Positions 42,501 to 57,468 of a stretch of DNA of 64,000 nucleotides are shown one piece after another; position 1 is the first letter of the stretch, and every line of letters begins with the position of its first letter. A program made the translations under genes and the position numbers. Below the pieces are notes generated by a model. That model saw only the letters and a program-made list of their open reading frames with translations, had not been told where the DNA came from and ran no database searches. Origin of the DNA: Geosiphon pyriformis uo1 (taxonomy: Eukaryota; Fungi; Glomeromycota); NCBI GenBank assembly GCA_016748015.1, contig JAAOMT010000074.1, positions 186,001 through 250,000 on the forward strand, read 5' to 3'.

Positions 42501-45500
42501 TATTCTTTTCTTCCCAGTCTAGAATTGGTGGTATTTCACTTTGGTTATCTTTGGTCCAAGCATTGATGGTGGTTTTCCAGGTAGGTTCTTCTCTTTGTTT
42601 CTCTTTTCCATTGTTGTTGTTGTCCTAGACAGCAGTTCATTGTGGTTGACATTAGCTCATGACACTTGATATGCTTCTCAAGTAGGTTTCTCCTTTTCTT
42701 CCTCGAAATCAATTAGTGGTGCTGATGTAACATTACTGGGTTTGAAATGGCCACACATTGCTGGTACTCATATGTGTTGACCATTTTGGCTCAGCTGAAG
42801 TTCTTGCATATTCCAATCCAGCATTGTGTTAATTTTGGAGAGCCAGTTATTCCCAACAAGTGCTTAGTATTGAGTGGCTTTCATGACGAGTACTTTGATT
42901 GGTACTATAATGTCGTTGATCTTTATGGAGAAATTATCAATCTCTTTAATGGGTGTTTTGGTCACTCCATCGGCTGTAATAATCCTGGTGCTGGCAGCAT
43001 GATCAACTTGGTAACCTAATTGATCTATGAGTTGTCTTGTGATAATGCTGCCAGCTGATCCACTATCTAGGATCAGTTTGATGAAGTAACCATTAACTTT
43101 TGCATTAGTGTACATTGCAGTGATGGGTTTCTTCTCGAGTGCTGCTCCACTGAACAAAGATGGGTTAATGGTTTCTTCTAATTCAAAAGGAAAGATGGCT
43201 GCGAGAGATTTGTTTTCAGTGACTGCTGCTAGTAGAATATTGCTGGTAAGTGTTGATTGTAGGTTGGTTTCTGGTTCATTGGGTTGGGCATTTTCTGGGG
43301 TAACCAGAAGACTTAAATAGTTCTGAGAATTCAGGTTTTGGGCATACCCAGTTCTCAAATTCCAAGAATGTGATCCTGTTGGTTGATAAGAAGAGCTGGG
43401 AATTGGTTGATAAACAACTATTACTGATCTTCAGTTTTGAGTAATTCTGGATCTTGGGTTTTCTGATGTCATAGTAGCTAGATTTGGCAGAGTTTGGACT
43501 AATGTTTGGGATTGATAAATTAATTATGGCTGCGGTTAATATATTACTGGTGGTTGCAGCTAATAAATTGTTTGGGGCTGTGGTTGATAAACTGGTAGTT
43601 GGTATATTGGCAGTTAATAGATTGGCTGCTGTGTCATTGACAGGTAAGCAGTTTGATATTGTGCTAAGTTTGATTAATGATTTGGAGTTGAGAACTGGTG
43701 ATTGGAGTTTCAATATTGATTTTCTGATCAGTGGTTATTTAAATGCTGGTGGCAGTTGATTTGAATATGTTTTTGTTTACCACAATAGTGGCAAATATGC
43801 ATCTCTTGTTGCCACTGTTGATTGGTCAATAAGGATGGACGTGATTGATTCTGGGAGCAATTAGAGTTTCCTTGATTATTGCATCATTGTGGTGTTTGAT
43901 AAATTGTCTGATTGTTGTTAGCTAAGTATCCCTCTATCTTCTGGTGAATTGTTTCACAGAATTTCTCCAATTTGGAATCCAATTCAAATGATTCATTTAT
44001 TACTAGATTAATAGCTTGAACATGGTTGGCCTCAGACTCAGCAGATTCAAAGTCTTTGGTGCATGTAACTGTGTCTTGAAGAGTGCCTAGATGTAATGAA
44101 TGTACATGTTGCAAGATACTGCTGCGCAGGCCATGGATAAACTGGTTGAAGATCTGTGGTGCTGTAAAATAGTTGGTGTTAATTGCTTGAATTTGGCACA
44201 GATTTCTATAGAAGCATCCCAAATAAGTGGTAACTGCTTCTGTTTCTTCTTGCTTCATGGTGTTAAATGTATTGGCTAATCAGTTGATACTATTATTGTT
44301 GCTGAAGTATCTTAAAAATTCCACTTTAAAGGCATTGAAGTCTTGTGGTTTATTAATCAAACTCTAATACCACAAATTGGCAGTATCCTTGAAAAAGTAG
44401 GGAATGGCTTGCATTGCTTGAGCATCATTCCATCCATTGGCTATAATGGCTTTTTCCACATCATTCAGCCATACTTGAGCGTCATCCTCTTTACCAGTAA
44501 AATTGTCAAGTTTTGCAATTGGTGCATAGGCCATTGGATCTAAGTTGGGTTGTTGTGGTGGTTGTTGAAGTGGTTGTTGTTGCATGGGTTGTTGGAGTAG
44601 TAGTTGAAGTGGCAGTAGTATGGGTTTGGCTATTGGATTAATCAGTAGTTGATCAATGACAATTACTGGAGGTAAGTTTGATTGATTAATTAGATCAGAG
44701 TTTTGATTATCCTGAGTTGGCAGTGTTTGAATATTCAGAGTGTCAATTTCCAGATTTTTTGGATTTAAATTTTGCTGGGTTTAAAAATTCTGGGTTTCAA
44801 ATTCTGGGTTTTCTAGGATTGAGTTTTGGTAAGTAAATTCTTGATTCTCAGATTCTTCTTCTTCTTCCTCTTTTTGTTCTCCTTCTAATTCAGTGATTTT
44901 CCATGAACTCACTGTTCTGAAATCTGGTTGAGGTGGTGGTAATCAGAGTTCTGATGGCATTGGCAATTATAATTTAAATCTCTCGAAATACATGTCATAG
45001 GATCCTAATAAATCTTCTTTCTTTTATTTACTTTAAAATGGGAAACATCCAAATGTTGATGTCGCGTTTAATGTGGATGCGTCTGCTAATGTTATATAGA
45101 TGGCACTTCCAGGGGTGTAGTAATAGGATGGAGCAGTTGGTAATTCAACTCTTGTTTTTTTTCAAGTGGGTGGTTGTATCTTTTTGGGTATCACTGCTGG
45201 TGTTTGTAGTTTTCCTTTGCCTTTACTGACATAAGTAATTGGATATCTTTGTTGGGTGTGATGTTCAATTTCTTTATTAATCTCAGTAATGATAGATGTG
45301 AAATTGTGGTTTGTTGGTAAGCTAGTGTTTTGGATTAATTCCCTGTAAAAAGTTTCCCTTGCTGATTTAGTATTCACTGGTGTTCCCAACAAAAAGGAAA
45401 TCTTTTTATTAACATAGAAATTGAAAGCTGATTTGGTAGATATGTGATTATAGTTTAATCCCAAGTGTTGACAGTAATGTTGAAATAAAGATTTTGCGAA

Positions 45501-45539
45501 TCCTAGATGGTTTGCTCCTATGTTTTCTGATTCTGCCAC
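39559..45539 (-). pseudogene. A2 ORF1 (Gag, PR, Cys-rich domain, dUTPase, RT, RH)
   Basis: ORF-track fragments 45162-45539, 44364-44585, 43884-44258, 42864-43358, 41460-41783, 40921-41460, 40378-40698, 40060-40344, 39655-39897. Confidence 0.87.
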
Positions 45540-48500
45540 TTTTTGGATGGAGTTGTTGGTGCTGGTTCTCTGTAGGATTATACTTCACAGAAAGCACCAA
45601 ATATTACAGATGATTATTTGGAGTCTTAAGTCAAATAACAAACCCATAACTTGGTGCTCAAAAGCTATTCGCATTGATGATGATGATCTGAAGATTTTAG
45701 TATTCTGAAGGTTTTCCAAATGAGTCCTTTGTATAATGAACAGAGATTCAGTAGTGTTGGTATTCGCAATTTTGTTTCAGTTGTTTCCCAATTTCTTTTT
45801 TAGCTTGGTGGCCTAATTTATTTTGGCAGTTGTGCCCTTCTGGTAAGCTATTTGTTAATATATATATTATTACCCTTATATCTGGGTCTTTTACCAGGCT
45901 ATCCATGATGTCAATAACTCAGTACTTTAATTCTTAATCAATTAAAATACAACAATAAAATCAAAAAAAAGAAAATAAAGAGAGAAAAAAAAATTAAAAG
46001 AAATAAAGAAATAGCCAAGGCAATATGCAAATTAGTATCCCATCAATAGCCATAATCAAGAACTATTGTTCCAGTATGATTGAGTATTAATGTTTATCAA
46101 CATAAAGTGTTGATAGTGAAGAATAAATTGTGATAACAAATAGTTATTTATTGATAATTATGATTTTGAAAGATTGCTTAGATTAAATCTAAACTGGAAG
46201 GTTTGTCTTTTCAATTTTTAACACTACTGCTATATATACATAATTGAGATTTCTCAATTCCTTAATTCTTTATGACAAAAATCCTAGAATTCTGGAATCT
46301 TGTAATTTCTTGTAAGAATCCTGCAATTTCTGGAATCTTGCAATTCCTGAGAGGAATCCTAGAATTTCATATTTACTATGTCTACTTCTAATTGGCTAAT
46401 AACTATGCTAATATATCTTTTTTATATTTCTATGAATAACAATGTTTAACTCTACAATTAATAAAAATAGCCGTTTTATTATTATTGATATAAATGTTAT
46501 TAATCCTGAAAAATTTGCTAGCAATATTAAAAATATGTTGTGTAGCAGCCTAACTGCCACCAACTCAGATTGTATCATCAACAAAAGCACCAGCAGTAAA
46601 AAAAAACAACAATCTAGTCTGAGACTTAACATGACCAGTTCTGACAACAAAATGAGAATTCAACCTATATCTACACACATTTTTCTGTCTCTTGACTTTA
46701 CATAGAAGAGAATCATAAAATATGCACCAAAGAAGAGGTAAGAATATCTTTCCTTAATCCAAACTGTCATGCACCTAATATCTATCCATCAAACCAAAAT
46801 TAGTCATAATCTTGTTGACACAATTATTGTAAATACCATCAAAAAATCTAATAAACCTGTCACACATCTTTATTCTGACCAAGTTTTTTTTAAGATACTC
46901 CTATTCAACAGAATTATAGGCCTTCTGCATGTTCTATAAGACCAGCCAAAGTTCACACTTCTTTTTCAAAGCATCCTCAATAATTGAACCAATGACAAAA
47001 ATGGGAGAATGTATTGTCATATTTTTTAAAACTGAAAAATTGTCCCCATGTAAAACATCAAAAATGTTGTATGCTAAAGAGATCTTGTTCAAAAAAATCT
47101 TAAAGAGAATTTTGTAAGCAGTTTCAATTAAGACAATAAGTTAAGTATTCATTAGAACCCTTTTTTACTTATATGGCTTGAAAATCATTGAAATCCAAGC
47201 TTTCTTTTAAGCACTAGGCATCTGTTCATGTGACAAACAAGAATTCAAAAGCACCAAAAACATATTCAAGACCAACTTATTGCAATGTTTCCAGAGCTTA
47301 TTTGAAATCCCAGAAAGATTAGCAGCTTTACTATCAAGTAAATCAGACACCATACCAGGCAATTTGTTAAAACTAACCAAACACATAACATCAAAAAAAG
47401 CATCATCAAAAACATACTCCAAAAGTAAGTATTGGTGAGACTAATCACTACTATCACCTTATGCTTTCTAGTTCAGCCTTTCATAATTTTATCTACTTTG
47501 GCTTTAACCAAATTAGACTTCAGAATCAGTTCATCTTTAACAACTAAATAGTTCAAAACCACCTTCTGAAAAGAACATTTCAGCACACTTCTAATTGTAT
47601 AACTTTTATTGACTGCAAAATTTTTCATCTGCTTATTAATAGCTGACTTAATCTTTGACTCCTTAGTTTGTGTAGACTCAGCAAGCTTAAAGACACAATA
47701 TAATTTACATACACTGAAAAAAGCCGAATGCACATGATTAAGATTCACACCAGAATTTAACAGAATCTGAATGAACAATGCCTTATCAAAATCCAGAGAA
47801 ATTCAGTAACTTATTAAAGACTTAAACACACCATCAACACCCCTACATAAAAACTTAACTGTTTTTAACACCAAAATTTCCAATTTATGAAACCTAAAAA
47901 ACTTCTTGGTAAAAATGCTATCAAAATTCTTGAACCATTTTTTTTTGAAAACCTTATTTGCCAAAAGACACATCATTTTGCAAATAGTATTCCACATAGT
48001 ATCCAAATCTATAAACTCTTTAGACACAAAAAACTTATTGGAAAACATTACAACATTTGTTACTGTTGACTTCCTAAATTCACACTACTTTGCTTCATCA
48101 GCATACATAAAATTAAACTTCCAATGATCTCTATTCACTTGTTTTTGAAGAGAGTTTAACTGTGTATCCAAAAGTTCACCCAAACTTACAGACATAAAGA
48201 CTGCTTGGTGATTAGTGTCAAAGTGTTTACTGACATCCAAAATGTCATGACCTACTACCGCATTAACCAAATTATAAGAGATAAACAAATAGTTTATTGT
48301 CTTTTCAGCATTTCTAAAATTTTTCCATGTAAAACTTCTTACAACTGAACTTTTTGACAGAGAATTCACTAATCCTAGATTGAAACACTTCTTAAAACTG
48401 GCATATTTGCATTGTTACTCATAGAAATATAGAAAAGATATATTAACATAGTTATTAGCCAATTAGAAGTAGATGTAGTAAATATAAAATTCCAGGATTT

Positions 48501-49314
48501 CTTTCAGGAATTGCAGGATTTCAGGAATTGCAGGATTCTTACAAAAAATTGCAGAATTGCAGAATTTCAGAATTCCTGTTATAAAGAATTGAGGAATTGA
48601 GAAATCTTAATTATGTATATATAGCAGTAGTGTTAAAAATTGAAAAGACAGACCTTCCAGTTTAGATTTAATCTAAACAACCTTCCAAAATCACAATTAT
48701 CAATAAATAACTATTTTTTATCACAATCTATTCTCCACTATCAACACTTCATGTTAATAGACATTGATACTTAACTACACTAGAACAATAGCTCTTGATT
48801 ATGGCTATTAATGGGATACTAATTTGTGCATTGCCTTGGCTATTTCTTTATTTTTTTTATTTTTTTTTTCTTTTTTTATTTTTCTTTTCTTTGATTTTAT
48901 TGTTGTATATAAATTGATTGAGGATTAAAGCACTGAGTTATTGACATCATGGATAGCCTGGTAAAAGACCCAAAAATAAGGGTAATAATATATATATTAA
49001 CAGATAGCTTACCAAAAGGGCACAACTACTAGAATAAATCCAGCCACCAAGCTAAGAAAGAAATTGGGAAACAACTGAAACAAAATTGCAAATACCAACA
49101 CTATTAAATCTCTGTCTATTATACAAAGAACTCATTTAGAAAACCTTCAGAACACTAAAACCTTCAGATCATTATCATTAACATGAATAGTTTTTGAGCA
49201 TTAAGTTATGAGTTTGTTATTTGACTTGAGATCCCAAATAATTACCTGTAACATTTGGTACTCCCTGTGAGGTATAATCCTACAGAGAACCAGTACTGAC
49301 AACCCTATTCAAAA

Positions 49315-52300
49315 GTGGCAGATTCAGAAAACATAGGAGCAAACCATCTAGAATTTGCAAAATCTTTATTTCAACATTACTGTCAACACTTGGGATTAAA
49401 CCATAATCACATATCTACCAAATCAGCTTTCAATTTCTATGTCAATAAAAAAATTTTTTTTTTGTTGGGAACACTAGTGAATACTGAATCAGCAAGGGAA
49501 ACTTTTTACAGAGAATTAATCCAAAACACTAGCTTACTAACAAACCACAATTTTGCATCTATCATTACTGAGATTAATAAAGAAATTGAACATCACACCC
49601 AACAAAAATATCCAATTAATTATGTCAGTAAAGGCAAAGGAAAACTACAAACACCAGCAGTAACACCTAAAAAGATACAACCACCCACTTGAAAAAAAAC
49701 AAAAGTTGAATTACCAACTGCTCCATCCTATCACTACACCCCTGGAAGCGCCATCCATATAACATTAGCAGACGCATCCACATCAAACGTGACATCAACA
49801 TTTGGATGTTTCCCATTCCAAAGTAAACAAAGGAAAGAAGATTTATTAGGACCCTATGGCATGTATTTCGAGGGATTTAAATCACAATTGCCAATGTCAT
49901 CAGGACTCTGATCACCACCACCTCAACCAGATTTCAGAATAGTAAGTTCATGGGAAATTACTGAATTGGAAGGAGAACAAAAAGAGGAAGAAGAAGAAGA
50001 ATCTGAGAATCAAGAATTTACTTACCAAAACTCAATCCTAGAAAACCCAGAATTTGAAACCCTGAATCTTTAAACCCAGCAAAATCTAAATCCAGAAAAT
50101 CTGGAAATTGACACTCTGAATATTCAAACACTGCCAACTCAGAATAATTGAAACTCTGATCTAATTAATCAATCAAACTTACCTCAGGTAATCGTCATCA
50201 ATCAATCACTGATTAATCCAATAGCCAAACTCATACTACCACCACTTCAACTACTACTTCAACAACCTGTACAATAACAACCACTTCAACAACCACCACA
50301 ACAACCCAACTTAGATCCAATGGCCTATGCACCAATTGCAAAACTTGACAATTTTACCAGTGAAGAGAACAACATCCAAGTATGACTGAATAATATGGAA
50401 AAAGCCATTGCAGCCAATGGATGGAATGATGCCTAAGCAATATAAGTTATTTTCTACTTTCTCAAGGATACCGCCAATTTGTGGTATTAGAGTTTGATTA
50501 ATAAACTACAAGACTTCAATGTCTTTAAAGTGGAATTTTTAAGATACTTTAGCAATAATAACAGTATCAACTGATTAGCCAATACATTCAGCACTATAAA
50601 GCAAGGAGAAACAGAAGTAGTTACCACTTATTTGGGATGTTTCTATAGAAATCTGTGCCAAATCCAAGCAATTGATGCCAACTATTTTATAGTGCCACAG
50701 ATCTTCAACCAGTTTATCCATGGCCTGCACAGCAGCATCTTGTAATATGTACATCTATTACATCTAGGCACTCTTCAAGACACAGTCACATGCACCAAAG
50801 ACTTTGAATCTGCTGAGTCTAAGGCCAACCATGCCCAAGCTATTAATCTAGTGATAAATAGATCATTTGAATTGGATTCCAAATTGGAGAAATTCAGTGA
50901 AACAATTTACCAAAAGATAGAGAGATACTTAGCTAACAACAATCAGGCAATTTATCAAACACCACAATAATGCAATAATCAAGGAAACTCTAATCGCCCC
51001 CAGAATCAACCATGTTCATCTTCATTGACCAATCAATAGTGGCAACAAGAGACATGTATTTGCTACTATTGTGGTAAACAAAAACATATCCAAATTGACT
51101 GTTATCAGCATTTAAATAACCATTGATCGGGAAATCAATATTGAAACCCCAATTACCAGTTCCCAACTCTGAATTATCAATCAATTTTAGCACAATATCA
51201 AATCACTTACCTGCCAATGACACAGCAGTCAATTTATCAACTGTCAATATACCAACCACCAGTTTATTAACCGCAGTCCCAAACAATTTATCAGCCACAA
51301 CCACCAGTGATATATCAATCACAGCCACAATTAATTTATCAACCCCAAACATTAGTCCAAATTCCACCAAATCAAGCTATTATGACATTAAGAAACCCAA
51401 AATCCAAAATTACTCAAAACTGGAGATTGGTAATAGTTGTTTATCAACCAATCTCCAGCTCCTCTTACCAACCAACAGGATCATATTCTCAGAATTTGGA
51501 AACTGGGTATGCCCAAAACCTGAATTCTTAGAACTATTTAAGTCTCCTGGTTATCCCAAAAAATGCCCAACCTAATGAACCAGAAACCAACCTATAATCA
51601 ACACTTACCAACAATATTCTACCAGCAATGGTCACTGAAAATAAATCTCTCGCAGCCATCTTTCCTTTTGAATTGGAAAAAACCATCAACTCACCTTTGT
51701 TCAGTGAAACAGCACTCGAGGAGAAACCCATTACTGCAATGTACACTAATGCGAAAGTTAATGGTCACTCCATCAAACTGATCCTAGATAGTAGATTAGC
51801 TGGCAGCATTATTACAAGACAACTCATGAATTAATTAGGTGGCCAAGTTGATTGTACTGCCAGCGCCAGGATTATTACAGCTGATAGAGCAACTAAAACA
51901 CCTATTAGAAAGATTAATGATTTCCCCATAGAAGTCAATGACATCATAGTACCAATCAAAGTACTTGTCATAGAAGCCACTCAATACCAAGCACTTGTTG
52001 GAAACAACTGGCTGTCCAAAATTAATGCAATGCTGAATTGGAATACGCAAGAACTTCAGCTGAGCCAAAATGGTCAAACACACACAAGTACCAGCAACAT
52101 GTGACCATTTCAAACCAAACAATGTTATGTCAGCACCACTAATTGATTTTGAGGAGGAAAAGAAAAAACCGACCTGAGAAGCGTACTAAGTGTCATGGGC
52201 CAATGTCGACCACAATGAACTGCCACCAATACTTGCCTGAGACAACAATGACAATGGAAAGGAGAAACAAAGAGGAGAACCTACCTAAGAAACCACCATT

Positions 52301-55300
52301 AATGCTTGGACTGAAGATAACCAAAGTGAGATACCACCAATTTTAGACTGGAAAAAAAGGAATAAAGGAAAAGGAAAGGAAAGGGAAGAAGATGCACAAG
52401 AAAAAACCACCCCTGCAAAAGAAATAACTAGTGGCTGAAAAAAAAAATTCATATGAACCAATAAAAGAGCTGCCATATATACCTCTTAAATACAAGAACT
52501 GTGGAAAGAAACTGTCCTTAATGGGAGCTTGAATAGTGCCAGACAAAGACTACTGGATACGAACCCATTACTATTGCAAGCCTTGCCATAGAGAACAATA
52601 TGAATATCCAAAGTGTTAAGATAAGTAGGACAATGAACCATGTCTCACTTGTGGAGAGCAACTGCTCGATAAAGGAATGTGAAATGACATTCCTGATTGA
52701 GGAGGAATGTGTGACACCTCATGCCAATACATGATCCTCATTAGTGACTGGGTAAGTCATGGAACACTAATCATGGCAGCTTGGCACCAAGCAATCTCTC
52801 ATTAAGAAGGGTATTCACATAACGAGAACAAAATTTGGTGAATGGCCAACACCAAAGTAGAAGGCATTTTGTCCAATGAAATTCTAAAGATCAAAAATAA
52901 CCCTCCAGAACCAACAGACATTGTTTTGGTTCTTAACCTGGACATTTTTACCAACTTAGAAAACAGCCCAGAAGAATTCCATGAACACTATCAAAATCTA
53001 GCACCCATAAGAAAAAAACAAGAGCAATGCTTGGAAGAAATCAACATCCAATTATGTGACCACTATTTGATTCTATATGACTTTCAATTTTGTGATAATT
53101 GTGACCTTATTTACAATCCACCACCATACATAATCTACACAATCCCAGAAGAAATTGAACCAATTAGCAGCTGTGCTTCGGAATCAGAATCAATTTTCAA
53201 TCCCAATTCAAACTTTAATAACAACGACAACAAAAACACCAGTTCTAGCTCTGTCCAAAATGGCAATAACAATGACTACAATTCCAACTCAGATTCAAAC
53301 TCTGACTCAAAATATGAACAATATATCATGCTTTTTGACCTCACCAAGGAACAAGAACTTAAATGATTCAGTGATAATAATGAAGGTATCATGCCAGAAC
53401 ATGCACATGATACTGATGCTGGGTTTGATCTAAGGTATCCAGGGAAAGATGCCATTAAATTGGAGCCATATTTGCACACCTGCATCAATCTGAAAATAGC
53501 ATTGGAAATACTAGCAACAACTATGGTTCAACTAGTTTCTAGAAATAGTTTAGCAAAAAGAGGGATTACTATAAGAGGAGGAATCATTGACACCAGATAT
53601 ATAGGAAATATCATGGCAATGCTACAAAATAACTCAGAAAAAGCCTATATCATAGAGCCAAATGAAAAAATAGCACAGGCAATATTTCTGTCTCTAGTTA
53701 GAATAGCTCAATTAGTGTTAGTAGAAAATAAGGAAGAATTAGGGATAACAGCAAGAGGGATACAGGGATTTGGATCAATGGGTAGAATAGATGTACCAGT
53801 CAATATGGTGGAGGAAGAAATTATTGACTAAGGAGAAATTATCTCAGCTGGTCAAACAATTTCCATTCCACCATATAGCCAATACATGTTAACAATAGAA
53901 AGAAGAGAAAAGGAGCAAGAACAGATTTTTGAAGCAGAAGCAAACCTTTGTGAATCAGGAGAAATTGGACTTATCAATCTACACATACCAGCCAAGAGCC
54001 ATAACTATATCAAAATTTTCATCTACAACAATACTGGAAATGTTGTAGAGATATCAGAAGAAACCACTCTTGGATATTTAATCACAGAAATTGAAGATTA
54101 AGCACCAAGCAGCATTCCAGATTTTCTACAGCTTTGTGGATATGTGGATATTACATCACAAACCATCTACAGATAAAACAAATGTTATCTGTTACAGCCA
54201 GAACAATTGGAACAGATAAACATGAGAAATCTAGACCCATTTCAACAGATACAATTAAAGATGTTACTCAATAATTTTAATGACATCTTTGTCAGTGAAA
54301 ACAAATTTGACAGAACTGATATTATCCAGCATCAGATCAAGACTGGAGATACAATGCCAATCAAACAGTGAGCATACAGAGTATTATCAGCCAATCATGA
54401 GACCATCTGTCAAGAGATCAATTGAATGCCTGACAATAGATTAATTCAGCCATTAATAAGCTTATGGTTGTCACTTGTTCATAAGAAGAATAAAAAAATC
54501 CAATTTTGTGTAGATTACAGAAAACTCAATGGTGTAACTCGTGAAGACAGCTATCCAACTTCACAGATACAAGAACTATTCGATGCTTTTGGCAGAAACA
54601 AATGGTTCTCAATATTAGAATTAGATAGTGGTTACTGGCAAGTAGCCAAGATCTAGCCAACAAAAAAAAAATGATGTTCACCACAAGAAAGGGAAATTTT
54701 GAGTTTGAAGTTATGTCATTCGGCTTAATCAACGCTTCAGCTATATTTCAATGACTAATGGAAATTGTGTACACTGGCTTATTGTAGAAATCAGTAGTTG
54801 TATACTTGAATAACACCAATGTGTTCTCAAAAACATTTGATGATTATCTACATCATTTCCAACAAGTGTTCAAAAAATTACGACAAGCAAAATTAAAATT
54901 GAATACAACAAAGTGTTTTTTCGGCAAAAAAGAACTAAAATTTTTGAGACACATAGTTAGTAAAAATGACATAAAAACAGATCCAGAGAAAATAGAGATA
55001 GTAGAAAACTTTCTAATACCAACCAACATAACTGAGCTGAAAACATTCAGTTGCATATGCCAGCTGAGGTTTGACTTTAGCCAAAAAGAACTATGGAACA
55101 CCAGAATTAGAATATTTAGCAATCTATTGGGCAGTTATGAAATGGAAAAAATACTTGAGCCAAAAGTTTAAGATGTACACAGATCACAAAGAATTGACAT
55201 TACTCCAAAAACAAAAATTCAGAGACAGAAGACAGTCAAGATGAAAAATGGCTCTTTTGCTATATACTTATACCATACATTATAAAAAGGGAAAAGACAA

Positions 55301-55340
55301 CAGAAATGCCAATGGTTTGTCACAAATGAAACAAATCTAA
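49315..55340 (+). pseudogene. A3 ORF1 (Gag, PR, Cys-rich domain, dUTPase, RT, RH)
   Basis: GTG 49315, Gag ATG 50320, the knuckle and the protease N-terminus are all in one frame; dUTPase 53391-53831 has all five motifs. Confidence 0.87.
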
Positions 55341-55401
55341 GAACATTTCAACCCAAAAATATAACAAAACCAAAACAATGTTTATGTAAATATAATAAAA
55401 A

Positions 55402-56784
55402 ATGAATACACAAAAATATCAACAACTTCAATATTATATAGATATTCAACAGTTCAAGGAGAAATTATCTCAACCAGAACAAAAGAGGATCAAACAACAA
55501 TCCAAATATTTTATCACTCACCAAAATATACTTTATTGAAAAAATAGAAAAGATTCAGATCAACCAACCAGAGTAATTACAGAACCAGAAAAAGAGACAA
55601 TACTGTTCAACATGTATTCAGATCCAACTGTAGGACATTTTCATAAAGAAGCAACCATGGAAAGAACCAGAAAGAGATACTATTGGCCATCAATGTATCC
55701 AGACATCATTCAATATGTGCAAAATTGTGATGCTTGTCAAAGAAGAGAAGGAACAAGACCCAGCAAACCATTAAGACCAATCAAAGTAGAACAACTATTT
55801 GACCACATTGAAATCAATTTAGTTGGACCATTAACAATTACCAGCAGAGGCAACAGATATATTGCAGTAGCCATGGACTATTTTACTAAATGGCCAGAAG
55901 CAAAAGCAATTCAAAAAGTGGATACAGAATCCATTGCCGAATTTGTCCATCAAGATCTAATTTGTCAACATAGATGTCCAAAAGAATTATTATCAAACCA
56001 AGAAACCTATTTTGTGAATAAAACATTAGCAGAACTAAGCCAAAGATTCGGAATTAAGAGACCACTATTATTACTATACCATTCACAAACCAATGGATTA
56101 GTTAAAAGATTTAATAGAACATTGTGTGAAGCAATAGTGAAACTCAGCCAAAAAAACCAAGACAAATGGGATTTGTTCATACTATCAGTATTATTTGCTT
56201 ATCAGACAATGAAGCAAGACACCACACAAGCAACACCATTTGAATTGATATACAGTAGAACAGCAACATTACCAGTTGAGATAAAGGTTAATACATATCC
56301 AACTGAACCAATAACAGAAGAAAATTTCCAAGAAACATTGTTAAGAAGAACATATGACTTAATGGAAACATTGGAAAACAAACAAAGAAGAGCAGCTGAT
56401 AACATACAAAAGTCACAAGAAAAACAGAAAAAAAGACATGATAATCAACTATCAGACAAACCAGTTAAATTCAAGATTGGAGACAAAGTACTTTTACATC
56501 ATACCAAAGTGGAAAAACAATGGAGTAGAAAATTTGACCCCAAATGAAATGGACTATTTCACATAGAAGAAATTCTTGGAAATGAAGCTTACAAATTAAG
56601 ACTGGATAACAAAATTTTAACCAAAGCAGCACATGGAAATCAACTGAAACCATACCACAACATTATACTACCATCCACCAGTAATATTCCACAATTAGGA
56701 ATACAGAAGATACTAGTTCAACCAGATGAGATTTCACAAGATCTGGAACCAATCATTATTATTGACAATAACATGTTAAATTAA
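55402..56784 (+). pseudogene. A3 integrase ORF
   Basis: ATG 55402 (MNTQKYQQL); ORF 55612-56547; in a different frame from RNase H. Confidence 0.88.
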
Positions 56785-56808
56785 TCCAGCAAAAGAATAT
56801 ATAAAGAC

Positions 56809-57468
56809 ATGGTAGACACAACAGGAAATATCAAAAAAATAGAAATTACAAACAACATCCATTCACTAGTACAACAACTCTTTCAATTGATTCAACACCA
56901 AGAGATGGAAATTACAATTAATCAACAAACCATCCAATATCAAAACACTAAAAAGACAGCACAACACAGAACACAGAAGAAAACGGAAAATACCATCAAC
57001 AAAATCATTGTAAAAGTAAAATTGGTAATAAAAGAGTTGACAAAAGAGTCACTATACCAAGAGTTGATTAAAGAAACTTGGAATTGGTGGATACAACAAT
57101 TTCCAAGAAACTATTGTTATTTTTACTTGGGACAACACATGAATATTCAGAATCTATATATGAATAAAACAAAGCAATTATTTGACACAAGAATACTACA
57201 ACAATTAGAACATTTTGTGGAGAAGAACAACTTGTCTACACAGATCCGAGCCATATACCGAATACATACAGCATTCTAGAATCGACCAGAAATCTTACTC
57301 AACAAAGCAATGAATATGATTACTAGTAATCAATTGGAAAAGATCACCAATGCTCAATTTGAAGAATTACAGACTCAAATAACACAAGTAATTTTTGAAA
57401 ACAAAATTCAGGAAATACTTCAAAAGGGAGAATTAACAGAGTTAGATTTCGATGGAGCTCAATATTAA
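56809..57468 (+). pseudogene. A3 ORF3, unknown 219-aa protein (one internal stop)
   Basis: ORF 56809-57279 continues in frame to FDGAQY* at 57468. Confidence 0.72.

Larger units (their letters stand above)
36616..46441 (-). mobile_element. Gypsy-like family A, copy A2 (LTRs 45602-46441 and 36616-37417)
   Basis: TSD ATGT (36612-36615, 46442-46445); PBS ~45583-45599; PPT 37418-37432. Confidence 0.94.
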
